From contig JAOPZM010000073.1 in assembly GCA_025964115.1 (NCBI GenBank), forward strand, positions 1 to 60,116: a DNA stretch of 60,116 nucleotides. The letters are read 5' to 3'. Below, piece after piece: positions 37,601 to 47,114 of this stretch. Each line of letters opens with the position of its first letter. Position 1 is the stretch's first letter. Source of the stretch: Solirubrobacterales bacterium. Lineage in GTDB: Bacteria; Actinomycetota; Thermoleophilia; Solirubrobacterales; Solirubrobacteraceae. Both the position numbers and the translations under genes were made by a program. Below the pieces are notes generated by a model. That model was not told the origin of the DNA. It was given only the letters and a program-made list of their open reading frames with translations, and ran no database searches.

Positions 37601-38856
37601 GGCGCGACCCTCAGGACGCTCTCGGAGTCCTGCTCGGACCGGGCTCGAAGGTAGCTCCACGGACCGGTGAGAAGACCGCGAACCTCAGCGAGCATCAGCC
37701 GGTGATCGAGCCCGGACCGGGCCCCCGCGTCACCGGAGCGCGCGCGTAGCGTGGCGAGATGGCCGAGGCCGTGAGGGACCCGTCGCAACACGTCACCGCG
37801 CGTCTGCCGGGAGACGACGTACTTGGTGAGGTATGCGGAGAGGCCCTTGCCGTATGCGTACAGCTGGTGGCGCAGCTGTTCCTCGTCGGCCCGGTGCTCG
37901 TGCCAGACCAGGGCCGCGGGCTCGTAGGAGAGGTCGTAGCCTGCGCGGATGACTCGCACGAAGATGTCGAGGTCCTCTCCGCCACCGCTACGCGACCCGG
38001 CACCCAGGCTCTCGTCAAAGCCGCCGAGCATTCGCAGGACCGATGCGCGAAAGGCACAGTTCGCGCCTGTGCCGAACTGGCCAGCCGCATAAGGATGCAG
38101 GCGGGCGTCGGCCGGCCCGTGGGTGGCGTCGTATACCCGCGGCTCGCAGCTGCTGGACCACCAGACCCTGGCGTCGAAATATTGCTCGGCGGCCTGCTCG
38201 AGGGAGGCACTCGCGACCAGGCCCGTGACACACGCGACGGCCGGCCTGCGGGCAAAGCCCCGAAGCAGCCCCTTGATCCAGTGAAGGTCGACTCGGACGT
38301 CATCGTCGGCGAATGCGACGAGATCCCCCTCGGCGTGGAGAAGCCCGTGATTGCGGGCACGTGAGAGCCCGGGCGTCGGTTCGACGAGATAACGAATGCG
38401 GGCGTCCCGGTCCGCCATCGCGGTGACGAGCTCGTGAGTCGAATGGTCGTCGGGCGCGTTGTCGACCACGAGGATCTCCAAGGGCTCATGCTCGAGGCGC
38501 GTCAAGTGCGCGAGGCACCTGGCGAGCTCGACGGCTCGGTTTCGGGTGCAGACAACGATGGAGAGCGGCGTCGAATCGGCGAACCCGATGAGGTCGCCCC
38601 GCGGGGAGTCCTTCAGGAGAGCCTGTCCGAGATCCTGCTCGATCGCGGCGAGCACGTCCCCGGCAAGAAGTGACTGCTCGCGGACGGCGACGGTGGTGAA
38701 CCCGACGGGCTCGCCGTGAACCCTCACCAGAAGCCGGGCCTTGTCGAATGACTCGCCACCCGCCCCCGTGGGGACGTCCGGCAGGCTCAGCGAATCACTC
38801 ATGTCGACCTCGCCGCTCCAGAGCCGCTGCGTCGCCTGTTGTGCCCGAGCCTTCAC
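37597..38856 (-). CDS. Glycosyltransferase family 2
   Basis: CTRNR, VVDNAP, FADDD, FGTGANCAFR, GGEDLD; GTG overlaps the upstream stop. Confidence 0.9.
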   Translation of the reverse strand: MKARAQQATQRLWSGEVDMSDSLSLPDVPTGAGGESFDKARLLVRVHGEPVGFTTVAVREQSLLAGDVLAAIEQDLGQALLKDSPRGDLIGFADSTPLSIVVCTRNRAVELARCLAHLTRLEHEPLEILVVDNAPDDHSTHELVTAMADRDARIRYLVEPTPGLSRARNHGLLHAEGDLVAFADDDVRVDLHWIKGLLRGFARRPAVACVTGLVASASLEQAAEQYFDARVWWSSSCEPRVYDATHGPADARLHPYAAGQFGTGANCAFRASVLRMLGGFDESLGAGSRSGGGEDLDIFVRVIRAGYDLSYEPAALVWHEHRADEEQLRHQLYAYGKGLSAYLTKYVVSRQTRGDVLRRVPHGLGHLATLRARSGDAGARSGLDHRLMLAEVRGLLTGPWSYLRARSEQDSESVLRVAP

Positions 38857-39263
38857 CTGAGCGGCCTCCCGCGGCGCGACAGGTCGACCATCAGCACCGC
38901 TGCCGAGAGCCCTCCGATCACGACTGCGAACAACAGCGGATGCCACCATCCGGTCCACACCATCACCAGCGAACCCGCGATCTCGATCGACAGGCTCAGG
39001 CTCACCGCCACCGCCAGGCTGCTCGTGCGGCTGCCGTCCGGGAGGAGCCTCAGCACGGCTCCGCCCGGCGCCAGCGATGCCGCCAGGAACACGATCGGGA
39101 CGCGCACTGCGGCCGGAGCGTCAGCGACGCGGAGCACCGCGGCGAGCATGATCAGACCGATCAGCAAGGCGTCGACCACGACGGCCCAACCCGGGCCGCC
39201 CAAGGCCTCGCTCGCGCGAGCGTCACGCACGCCTGCGCCGCGCGTGCTGCTCGCGACACTCAT
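38853..39263 (-). CDS. Small 4-TM membrane protein
   Basis: Hydrophobic; overlaps both neighbours (translational coupling). Confidence 0.75.
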   Translation of the reverse strand: MSVASSTRGAGVRDARASEALGGPGWAVVVDALLIGLIMLAAVLRVADAPAAVRVPIVFLAASLAPGGAVLRLLPDGSRTSSLAVAVSLSLSIEIAGSLVMVWTGWWHPLLFAVVIGGLSAAVLMVDLSRRGRPLR

Positions 39264-40531
39264 CGGTTCACCTGCCGCGCACTGCTCATGTACGCGAGCG
39301 GGCCGAGCAGCAGGCCGAGAAGCTCGAGCGCGTCGAGCCTACCCGGGAAGCCGCCTCCCTTTCCCGCGTTCTTCCTCGATGCCGGGTCGAGCAGATACCT
39401 GACGGCGGACGGAAAGTGACGGATGAGGCCGAGCCGCTGAGGCCCGCGTGCGAGCTGCTTCGTCAGCATCGCACCGAGCCCCACGCCGTAGCTGAACACC
39501 TGCGCCCGCAGACGGTTGTGCGTATCCGGATGACGGTGCCACACGATCGCTCGTGGCTCGTATGCGAGCCGGCCGCCGGCCTGCAGCAGGCGGATGCACA
39601 TGTCCAGATCCTCTCCGGCCCGCGCCGCCGTGCCCGCGCCGAGAGCCGGATCGAAGCCGCCGAGCCGGCGCGCGACATCGGTCCTGAAGGCCATATTCGC
39701 CCCCGAGCCGAAATAGCCGGCGGTGTAAGGGAACAGCGGCTGATCCTCGGGCGGCAGCTCAGCCGAGTACGTCCTGCGGAGGAATCCCTTTCCGAAGCTG
39801 GAGAACCGCTCGACCAGCACCTGTGCCTGCGTCTCGAGCTCGAGCGGCAGGATTAGTCCTGTGACACAGTCGGCACCAGCCGCGAAGCCATCGCGCACCG
39901 CCGCCATCCACGCCTCGTCGACCAGGATGTCGTCGTCGATGAAGGCCACGAGCTCCCCACGCGCGAGGCTGAGCCCGGTATTGCGCGCACGCGATAGGCC
40001 GCGCTGGCGCTCCTCCACGTGGCGGATCCGCTCATCACGGTGAAACCGCTTGTCCAACTCCAGTCCAACCCGTGAATGTTGCGGGCGGTTCTCCACGACG
40101 ATCAGCTCGAATGGCCCGACGGCGCTTGATCGCAACCTCTCCACGCACCGGAGAACGCACTCGACGTTTGCGCACGTGGTGACTACGACGCTCATAAGCG
40201 GCTCGACGTTGTCGCCGGGGCGACGATCGCGTTGGCCATCGTCGCGTGCCGTCTGACCGTGACGGCCGGGCAGTGCGTCGAGTGAAACGCGTCCGTCCGG
40301 CGGCACCGGCAGAGCGATCCAGCCGATCGGGTCCCCATCTAGCCGAAGGAGCGCCACGAGCGTGCGATAGGGCTCTCCAGTCGGGCTCGGAAGCAGGCTC
40401 AGGTGATCCAAGCGATGCTCGAGATCGATGACCCGGACCGCCAACGGCGCGTAGCCATCGAGATGCTCCGACAGGTCGCCCGGCGTGGTCTCGGGTGACA
40501 GCATCAGCGCGACTCCGTGCTCGGCGAGCAT
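39260..40531 (-). CDS. Glycosyltransferase family 2
   Basis: VVENRP, FIDDD, FGSGANMAFR, AGEDLD; start may be 40504. Confidence 0.9.
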   Translation of the reverse strand: MLAEHGVALMLSPETTPGDLSEHLDGYAPLAVRVIDLEHRLDHLSLLPSPTGEPYRTLVALLRLDGDPIGWIALPVPPDGRVSLDALPGRHGQTARDDGQRDRRPGDNVEPLMSVVVTTCANVECVLRCVERLRSSAVGPFELIVVENRPQHSRVGLELDKRFHRDERIRHVEERQRGLSRARNTGLSLARGELVAFIDDDILVDEAWMAAVRDGFAAGADCVTGLILPLELETQAQVLVERFSSFGKGFLRRTYSAELPPEDQPLFPYTAGYFGSGANMAFRTDVARRLGGFDPALGAGTAARAGEDLDMCIRLLQAGGRLAYEPRAIVWHRHPDTHNRLRAQVFSYGVGLGAMLTKQLARGPQRLGLIRHFPSAVRYLLDPASRKNAGKGGGFPGRLDALELLGLLLGPLAYMSSARQVNR

Positions 40532-40660
40532 GCTCGCAGCACGCTCGCGGACCTATTCCGGCCGAGTCGGCAGAAGACTCCATCTGCCTGCAGGCGGCCC
40601 CGTGCTGGCCAAACAGCCGCCTGATATCGTGCCAGCGGTCCGGGTAAGAGAGGACCGATT

Positions 40661-40873
40661 GTGGCGAGGGACGATGAGTTGGCGAGCGGACAGCTGCGCC
40701 GCCGCATAAGCCTGGGCACAGAAGCCGTGTACCGCGTTGTCGAGGTGAGCGATAAGTCGGTGCAGGTCGAGGTTGTTCGCGCGCCCGGCCTCACGCCCGG
40801 TCGCCGCTTCGACTTCACGCGCGTGGACGTGCAGCGCATGGAGTGCGTCGATGGTGCGGACGCCGAAGGCTGA
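40661..40873 (+). CDS. Small hypothetical protein (70 aa)
   Basis: GAGAGGA RBS; beta-rich pattern VYRVVEV...VQVEVV; fills the gap between minus-strand genes. Confidence 0.6.
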   Translation: MARDDELASGQLRRRISLGTEAVYRVVEVSDKSVQVEVVRAPGLTPGRRFDFTRVDVQRMECVDGADAEG

Positions 40874-40883
40874 CCGATCAGCT

Positions 40884-41726
40884 TCATGCGCCGTTCGCCT
40901 CACGGGCAGAGAGCCTGCGGCGCACTCGGCGCCCCGCGCGGGCGATTCGCGTGCGGCGGCGCTCGTCGCGCCACGCCGGCGGGGCGCCGGACCCGTCTAG
41001 CACCCGCGCAAACCGATCGGCCCGCATATCTCGCGTGACCGTGTAGCGGGCGATCGCCCATGGATCGTCGCCGGTGTGAGAGATGGCGTTCTTGACCGCG
41101 GCCGCCGAGCGGAAGCCCGCCTCGATGACGGCTGCGCGGACGCGCGCGTCATATGCCCCGTGGGGATAGGCGAAGGTGTCGATCGCGCCGCCGGCCAGCT
41201 GCTCGACGATCTGCTTGCCCTCGATGATCTCGCGCCTCAGTGCGTGCGGCTCCAGCTCGTCCAGACGCGGATGCGAGATGCTGTGCGCGCCGAGCTCGAC
41301 GGGCGGACCGCACTCTGCGAGCGCAGCGACCTGAGCCGCGCTGATCATCCCGTCTGCCCCGATCGACCCGGCTGTCAGATACACGGTTGCGCGTAGCCCC
41401 GCTGCGACCAGGCGGTGAACGGCCGCCGGTGTGTCCTCATAGCCGTCGTCGAACGTGATCACCACCGGCCGGGCTGGCAGCGCTCGTGCGCCACGTATGC
41501 AGTCGGCTAGTTCCCCGATCGTTATCGCGGTGTGCTCTGTCGCGAGCAAGATCTCGATCTGCTGCAGGAAGCGCTCGCGCGCCACTGTGAAGCGCTCGCG
41601 GCTGGCGGCGGCGATCCCGTGGTAGAGGAGCACCGGAACTGATCGGGGTGTCCGCCGGGAGGCGCTCACCACGGGAGAACATGGCAGGGGCGCATCCGCC
41701 GGAGCCATGCCAATGCCAGGGGACAT
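40884..41726 (-). CDS. Polysaccharide deacetylase (NodB/CE4, IcaB/PgaB-like)
   Basis: VLLYHG, ITFDDGY, GAHSISHPRL, FAYPHG; start approximate. Confidence 0.9.
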   Translation of the reverse strand: MSPGIGMAPADAPLPCSPVVSASRRTPRSVPVLLYHGIAAASRERFTVARERFLQQIEILLATEHTAITIGELADCIRGARALPARPVVITFDDGYEDTPAAVHRLVAAGLRATVYLTAGSIGADGMISAAQVAALAECGPPVELGAHSISHPRLDELEPHALRREIIEGKQIVEQLAGGAIDTFAYPHGAYDARVRAAVIEAGFRSAAAVKNAISHTGDDPWAIARYTVTRDMRADRFARVLDGSGAPPAWRDERRRTRIARAGRRVRRRLSAREANGA

Positions 41727-41736
41727 CCGAGCGTGG

Positions 41737-42561
41737 TTAGACCGACACCTGGGCGCGGGGCTCGGCGAACGCGCGCGAGGCGTCCTCGCAAGGCAGCTCG
41801 CCGAGCTCGCGGAAGGCCGGCTGCCAGCCTCCCTCGACGGGCTCCCGTGTGTCGATGAGCCTCTCGCGCAGGATCGTGCGCAAGACGCGGGAGCCATCGC
41901 GCATCGGACGGAGCTTGCTCTCGCCATGCAGTCGCTCGCGCTCGATGCTGGGTACCTCTGTGATCGTCAGCCCGGCCTTTGCGACACGGACGTTGATGAG
42001 CGTCTCGACCTCGAAGCCGTCACAGGTGATCTGCATGTGTGACAGAACGTCCGACCAGAACGCGTTGTAGCCGTAGCAGAGGTCCGTGTAGTGAGTCCCG
42101 TACAAGGTGTTGACCGCCCTGTTGAGAAAGCGGTTGCCCCAGTCGCGCAGTGGCGTGATGTCGGAGCTTCCAGCGCCATCCATGAAGCGCGAGCCCTTGG
42201 CGAAGTCGGCTCCGGCCTTGAGCGCGTCGACATAGCGTGGGATCTCTGCCGGATCCGTCGAGCCGTCACCGTCGATCATCACGATGATGTCACCGCGTGC
42301 CGCCGCAAAGCCGCAGGCGAGAGCGTTTCCCTTGCCCTTCCTGTCCTGCAGCACCACGCGCACGGCGGGGTGCAGCGAGCGCGCCATCGCCACTGTGTCG
42401 TCGCTCGAGTGACCGTCGACGATTATCACCTCGTGTATGTCCTCGAACGGAATGCGGCTGAAGACGTGCGGGAGATTTGCCGCCTCGTTGAGAGTCGGCA
42501 TGACGACACTGACGCTCGGGTGTACGCGTGCTCGGGACTTACGAGCCTTTACGATTGGCAT
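41737..42561 (-). CDS. Glycosyltransferase family 2 (polyprenol-phosphate glycosyltransferase-like)
   Basis: PTLNEA, VDGHSSDDT, GKGNA, IDGDGS, KGSRF, TDLCYGYNA; GAGGA RBS. Confidence 0.92.
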   Translation of the reverse strand: MPIVKARKSRARVHPSVSVVMPTLNEAANLPHVFSRIPFEDIHEVIIVDGHSSDDTVAMARSLHPAVRVVLQDRKGKGNALACGFAAARGDIIVMIDGDGSTDPAEIPRYVDALKAGADFAKGSRFMDGAGSSDITPLRDWGNRFLNRAVNTLYGTHYTDLCYGYNAFWSDVLSHMQITCDGFEVETLINVRVAKAGLTITEVPSIERERLHGESKLRPMRDGSRVLRTILRERLIDTREPVEGGWQPAFRELGELPCEDASRAFAEPRAQVSV

Positions 42562-42969
42562 GGTTCCTCATTCCTTGAAAATTGACAGCACGCTGCCGGC
42601 GGGCGTTCTTCTCCCATATGCACGACCGCCGGCCTGCCTCCACTACGAGCAGACCGTACTCGCTCGTCGCCTCCGTTGGAATGAGTGTTTTTGATGGTCG
42701 CGTTTCTCGTAGCCAAGGGATCTCGCTTACGGCGCCTCGCCGCCGCGGCGCAAGCCGCTGCGGCGAAGTTTCCGTTGATGACACCCCCCGACCCCTGCTG
42801 CCAGAGTCTAGGTACCTTTCGCGAGGTCCGTTAAGACCGTTCGTCCAAACTTCCAGCTCCGATTCTCGACAGGTGCCCTATCGCTGCGAGACCATGTGGA
42901 GCGCAAACTTCAGGAGCCGTGTCCAGCTCTAGAACGATTCAGGGATCAGTTCCGGGCGCGGCCCCGGCG

Positions 42970-43560
42970 ATGACCTGGCGACGCCTTCGCGGCGCCGGCA
43001 ACCCGTTGCGGGTGCTCGTGCTCCTCGCGCTCTTGCTCCTGGCCGACTGGGCCTACGCCCGCGTGCACGCCGCGCTCCCGCTCGCCGGCGCGCTCGACGA
43101 GAGCGCACACCTCTGCTTCGCGGCGCTCCTCCTGCTTGCGCTCCGCCAGCCCCTCGGCGGCCGCGTAGGACGCGCAGCCCTCGTCGCGTCGGTCGCGATC
43201 GACATCGACCACGTCCCAGGCGAACTCGGAGCGGGCTGGCTCACGGTCGGTACGCCGCGACCGTACACACACTCGCTGGCGACGCTCCTGCTGGTGACGC
43301 TTGCCGCAATCGCCTGGCGGCGTCGACGCCTCGAGCTCATCGGCGCACTTCTCGGCCTCACGGCCCATTTCTGGCGCGACCTCGGTGAGACGGGCAGCGG
43401 AGTCGCGCTGCTCTGGCCGCTCTCCTCACACAGCGACAGCGTTCCCCACTCAGCCTTCCTTGCCAGCGTTGCGAGCGTGGCCGTCGTGGCTCTGTGGAGG
43501 ATCGCGGACCGCAGTCCGGCCAGACGTCGAACGACCGCCCGTTCCTCGGGCGTAGACTGA
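42970..43560 (+). CDS. Membrane metal-dependent hydrolase (YdjM-like)
   Basis: DESAH, DIDH, RPYTHSL, HFWRD, LLWP. Confidence 0.75.
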   Translation: MTWRRLRGAGNPLRVLVLLALLLLADWAYARVHAALPLAGALDESAHLCFAALLLLALRQPLGGRVGRAALVASVAIDIDHVPGELGAGWLTVGTPRPYTHSLATLLLVTLAAIAWRRRRLELIGALLGLTAHFWRDLGETGSGVALLWPLSSHSDSVPHSAFLASVASVAVVALWRIADRSPARRRTTARSSGVD

Positions 43561-43610
43561 CCGCGATCCGGCGTCGGTCAGACGAGCCGGGCTCGGAAGA
43601 GGGGGAACGC

Positions 43611-44267
43611 ATGAAACGTATGACTGTGGCGGGGCTGGGTCTCCTGGCTATGCTCGCCGCCAGCTCAGCCATTGCCGCGTCGGCCTCGGCGGCTCTGCCG
43701 GAATTCAGTGCGCCATTCAGCAAAACGTTCACGTCGACAAGCAAAACGAGCGTGCTGGAAACGGTCGGCGGAATAGCGGTGACGTGCACGGCCGCCACGA
43801 ACTCCGGCGAAATTACGGGACCGCAAACTGGCTCTGTGACGATCGTCTTCACCGGGTGCAAACTCGGCAAAGTTCCCTGCAACACGCCCGGAGCGGCCGC
43901 GGGAGTAATTGCAACCGCGACGCTGAGCATGAAGGTCGGCTACATCAACAAAGCCAAAAAAGAAGTGGGAATTGACCTGGTCGAAGCAGCGGGAGCGCCA
44001 TTCCTGTCGTACGGCTGTGGCCCGGTGCTGCGAGGGGTCGTCATAGGCTCTGTCATCGGCAGGATCACGCCGATCAATAAACTGGTGACACCGCCCGAAA
44101 AATTCATACTGAAATTCGCCCAGACCATAGGAGTGCAAAAAACGATCAAACTCGAAGGTGCGCCTATAGACGTGCTCGAAACGTCATTTGGCGGGCCGTT
44201 CGAACAAACAGGCCTGGCATCAACGGATCTGATTCTCTTCGGCGAACCGGTCAAGCTCATCGCCTAG
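43611..44267 (+). CDS. Secreted beta-rich hypothetical protein
   Basis: GAGGGGG RBS; signal peptide ending ASASAA; 4 Cys; visibly lower GC than neighbours. Confidence 0.8.
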   Translation: MKRMTVAGLGLLAMLAASSAIAASASAALPEFSAPFSKTFTSTSKTSVLETVGGIAVTCTAATNSGEITGPQTGSVTIVFTGCKLGKVPCNTPGAAAGVIATATLSMKVGYINKAKKEVGIDLVEAAGAPFLSYGCGPVLRGVVIGSVIGRITPINKLVTPPEKFILKFAQTIGVQKTIKLEGAPIDVLETSFGGPFEQTGLASTDLILFGEPVKLIA

Positions 44268-44275
44268 GTCGATCT

Positions 44276-44311
44276 GGAGGGGCGCGGGATCACGACTGGT
44301 CCCGCGCCTCC
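44276..44311. terminator. Hairpin terminator between the convergent CDS and tRNA
   Basis: GGCGCGGGATCA-CGAC-TGGTCCCGCGCC stem followed by GTCTTTC. Confidence 0.65.
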
Positions 44312-44377
44312 GTCTTTCGGCTTACGCAACTGGCTGCGTCCGATCACGACGAAAGGCGCAAGTCCGGCGTTGATCGA

Positions 44378-44451
<74 letters not shown>

Positions 44452-44538
44452 GGAGGCTGACGCGACGTGCGCGCCAGACGGCCATCTTATCGCCCCAGAT
44501 TTTCCGCGCTTGGCTTCCTGTTCGGCGCGCGGCCGAGC

Positions 44539-45447
44539 TCAGACCGGTGTGCCAGCTCTGAGGCTGCGTGCGAGCTCGATCGCCTCCTCCGGCGTCGCGA
44601 ACGAGAGCTCTGCGCGGTAGCCGCCGTCGCGCGTGGGCCGCACGTGCACCTCGGCGCCGAGCGCCCCTCCGAGCGCCTCGGCGATGTCATGTGCCGCCTG
44701 CTCGGCGTCCGGGTGCAGGACCATCGGCGCCTTGCGTCTACGGGCGGCCGTTGCTCCGGGCGTGCCATCGCCGCCGTTGCTCCTGCGTGCGCTCGCTTCG
44801 GTTACGCGCACCGACCAGCCGTCCGCCACTGCCTCGCGCGCAAGGCTCCTGCGCGCCTGATGGTCTTCGGCGAGCAGCAGTGCCCGTCCGTGCCCCTCGC
44901 TCAGCGCTCCCTCCTCGAGGAGCTCGATGACCTCGTCCGGGAGATCGAGCAGACGCATCAGGTTCGTCACGGCCACCCTGCCTCGCCCGACGCGCCGCCC
45001 GACCTCCTCGCGCGTGAGCCCGAGCTCCTCCACCAGGGCGGCGCATGCGCGCGCCTCCTCGATCGGGTTCAGATCCTCGCGGGCCATGTTCTCGATCAGC
45101 GCGAGCTCGAGCGCCTCGGCGTCGGCGCGTGGGCGCACGAGCGCGGGGATCGCCTCAAGGCCGGCCATCCGCGCCGCGCGCCAGCGGCGCTCGCCGGCGA
45201 CGAGCTCGTATGTGCCTCCGGCCTTCGGGCGCACCAGGACCGGCTGAAGCACGCCGCGCTCTCCGAGTGACCCCGCCAGCGCGGCGAGCGTCTCCTCGTC
45301 GAAGCGCCTCCTGGGCTGGTTCGGATTGGGCGAGATCAGCTCCACCGGCAGCTCGCGAAGCTCCTCCTCGCTCGCCTTGGCGCTCGTGGACGACGCAGAG
45401 AGGATCGCCTCCAGTCCTCTGCCCATTCCGCGACGTGGAGAGCTCAT
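44539..45447 (-). CDS. parB: Chromosome partitioning protein ParB
   Basis: NPNQPRRRF, AGERRWRA, ENMAREDLNPIEEA, HTH. Confidence 0.97.
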   Translation of the reverse strand: MSSPRRGMGRGLEAILSASSTSAKASEEELRELPVELISPNPNQPRRRFDEETLAALAGSLGERGVLQPVLVRPKAGGTYELVAGERRWRAARMAGLEAIPALVRPRADAEALELALIENMAREDLNPIEEARACAALVEELGLTREEVGRRVGRGRVAVTNLMRLLDLPDEVIELLEEGALSEGHGRALLLAEDHQARRSLAREAVADGWSVRVTEASARRSNGGDGTPGATAARRRKAPMVLHPDAEQAAHDIAEALGGALGAEVHVRPTRDGGYRAELSFATPEEAIELARSLRAGTPV

Positions 45448-45510
45448 GAGGCCTGCTCCCGTCTCCCCGGTCGGGTTCTGCCTGGGCGGACTGTACCGAC
45501 TATACGAATG

Positions 45511-46269
45511 CTACCCACGCGCAGCCACCTCCTTGGCGAGCTCGAAATAGGCCTCCGCGCCCGCGCTGTGTGGGTCGTGGTGGGTAACCGGCAGCCCGTA
45601 GCTGGGCGCCTCGCCGACCCTCACGTTTCGCGGGATCACCGTGTCGAAGACCAACTCGGGGAAGTGAGCCCTGACCTCTCGCTCGACGTCGCGCCCCAGT
45701 CGCGTTCGACCGTCGTGCATCGTGAGGAGCATCCCGGCGACGGTCAACCGCGGGTTCGACTCTCGCTGCACGAGCGCAAGCGTCTCGAGCAGTCCTGCGA
45801 GGCCCTCGAGCGCGAAGTACTCCGTCTGTACGGGCACGATCACCTTGTCGGCGGCAACCAGCGCGCTGACCGTGAGCGGCCCGAGCGATGGCGGACAGTC
45901 GAGCAGGATGTATTCGAAGCGATCCCTCAATGGCTCCAGGCACTCCCGCAGGCGTTGCTCGAACCCGTCCATGCGCGGCAGCTCCACGTTGGCACCTGCG
46001 AGGCCGGCGCCCGCGGGCAGGACCTGGAGGCCCGCGATAGGGGAGTCGGTGAGGGCCTCCACTGCCTGGGCCTCGCCGGTCAGCACCTCGTAGAGCCCCG
46101 GTGCCTGCGCGCGCTCGATGCCCAAGCCCACCGTGGCGTTCGCCTGCGGGTCCACGTCCACGAGCAGCGTCGCGTAACCGGCCTCGGCGATGCACGCCGA
46201 CACGTTGACGGCAGTGGTCGTCTTGCCGACCCCGCCCTTCTGGTTGGCGATCGCGTAGATGGTTCCCAT
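45511..46269 (-). CDS. parA: Chromosome partitioning ATPase ParA/Soj
   Basis: NQKGGVGKTT, DPQAN, DCPPSLG; TAGCTT -10 box 7 nt before ATG 46269. Confidence 0.97.
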   Translation of the reverse strand: MGTIYAIANQKGGVGKTTTAVNVSACIAEAGYATLLVDVDPQANATVGLGIERAQAPGLYEVLTGEAQAVEALTDSPIAGLQVLPAGAGLAGANVELPRMDGFEQRLRECLEPLRDRFEYILLDCPPSLGPLTVSALVAADKVIVPVQTEYFALEGLAGLLETLALVQRESNPRLTVAGMLLTMHDGRTRLGRDVEREVRAHFPELVFDTVIPRNVRVGEAPSYGLPVTHHDPHSAGAEAYFELAKEVAARG

Positions 46270-46343
46270 CGACTGGAAGCTACAGTCGATCGCGGCCGGA
46301 CGGCCGCGCCGCAAGCAGCCGATGCGCCATTTTGCGCGGCTGC

Positions 46344-47057
46344 TCAGCCGCCAAGTGGGCGCTTACGCGCCATTCCTGCTCGTCTCGGGAACCGCGCGGG
46401 CGTATCCCGCACCTTCATGTAGAGGTGTAGGTGTCGGTCCCTGGCGCCCTCGAACGGCTGCACCTCCTCGATGCCGACCAGCGTCACGCCGAGCTCATGG
46501 GCGGCCCGTGCCGCAGCCCGCTCCTCATCAGCGACCCGCGCTCCTCGCCAGTCCACAAGCGTCCCCCCGAGGCGCAGCAGCGGTGCGGCGTACTCGAGCA
46601 CGACCGGCTGGGGACCCACGGCCCTGGCGGTTACCACGTCGTTCGCCGAGGCTCCCGCGGTCCACTCCTCGGCGCGAGCACATACGACACGGGCGTTCTG
46701 AATGCCGGCCCGCGCGATGGAGTCCTCGAGATACGCGCACTTACGGCTCTGGCTCTCGAGCAGGCGTACCTCGCAGTCTCCGCGGGCTACGGCCAGCGCA
46801 AGCCCTGGAAATCCCGGCCCGGAGCCGAGGTCGGCGATCGTCGCGGCGGCGCGCACTGGCTCGAAGTCCAGGGCGACAAGCGAGTCGGCGATGTGCATAT
46901 CCACCCCAACGGCGGGATCGCGCACTGTCGTCGGGGCGCGGTCATCCCGCTCCATGTGCGCCAGGAGCACGGCCAGCTGGTCGCGGGCGGGCGCTTCCAG
47001 TCCCCACCGCGCTGCCACCCTCGCGAGTGCCGCCGACACGCCGTCGCCTTTATCCAT
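46344..47057 (-). CDS. rsmG: 16S rRNA m7G527 methyltransferase
   Basis: HIADSL, DLGSGPGFPG, RAEE, TARAV, FPRRAG; synteny. Confidence 0.95.
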   Translation of the reverse strand: MDKGDGVSAALARVAARWGLEAPARDQLAVLLAHMERDDRAPTTVRDPAVGVDMHIADSLVALDFEPVRAAATIADLGSGPGFPGLALAVARGDCEVRLLESQSRKCAYLEDSIARAGIQNARVVCARAEEWTAGASANDVVTARAVGPQPVVLEYAAPLLRLGGTLVDWRGARVADEERAAARAAHELGVTLVGIEEVQPFEGARDRHLHLYMKVRDTPARFPRRAGMARKRPLGG

Positions 47058-47089
47058 GGACCCGGGCCGAATGCAGCTGCCGTTAGGAG

Positions 47090-47105
47090 GACTTCACGTG
47101 AAACA
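47090..47105. promoter_or_regulatory. parS-like site
   Basis: GACTTCACGTGAAACA matches TGTTTCACGTGAAACA at 13/16; between jag and rsmG, close to parAB. Confidence 0.75.
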
Positions 47106-47114
47106 CTCCGAGAG

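Noticed and set aside
42562-42800. c-di-GMP riboswitch in the GT leader
   Set aside because: Lacks the GNRA/receptor and GCAAA consensus elements on the coding strand
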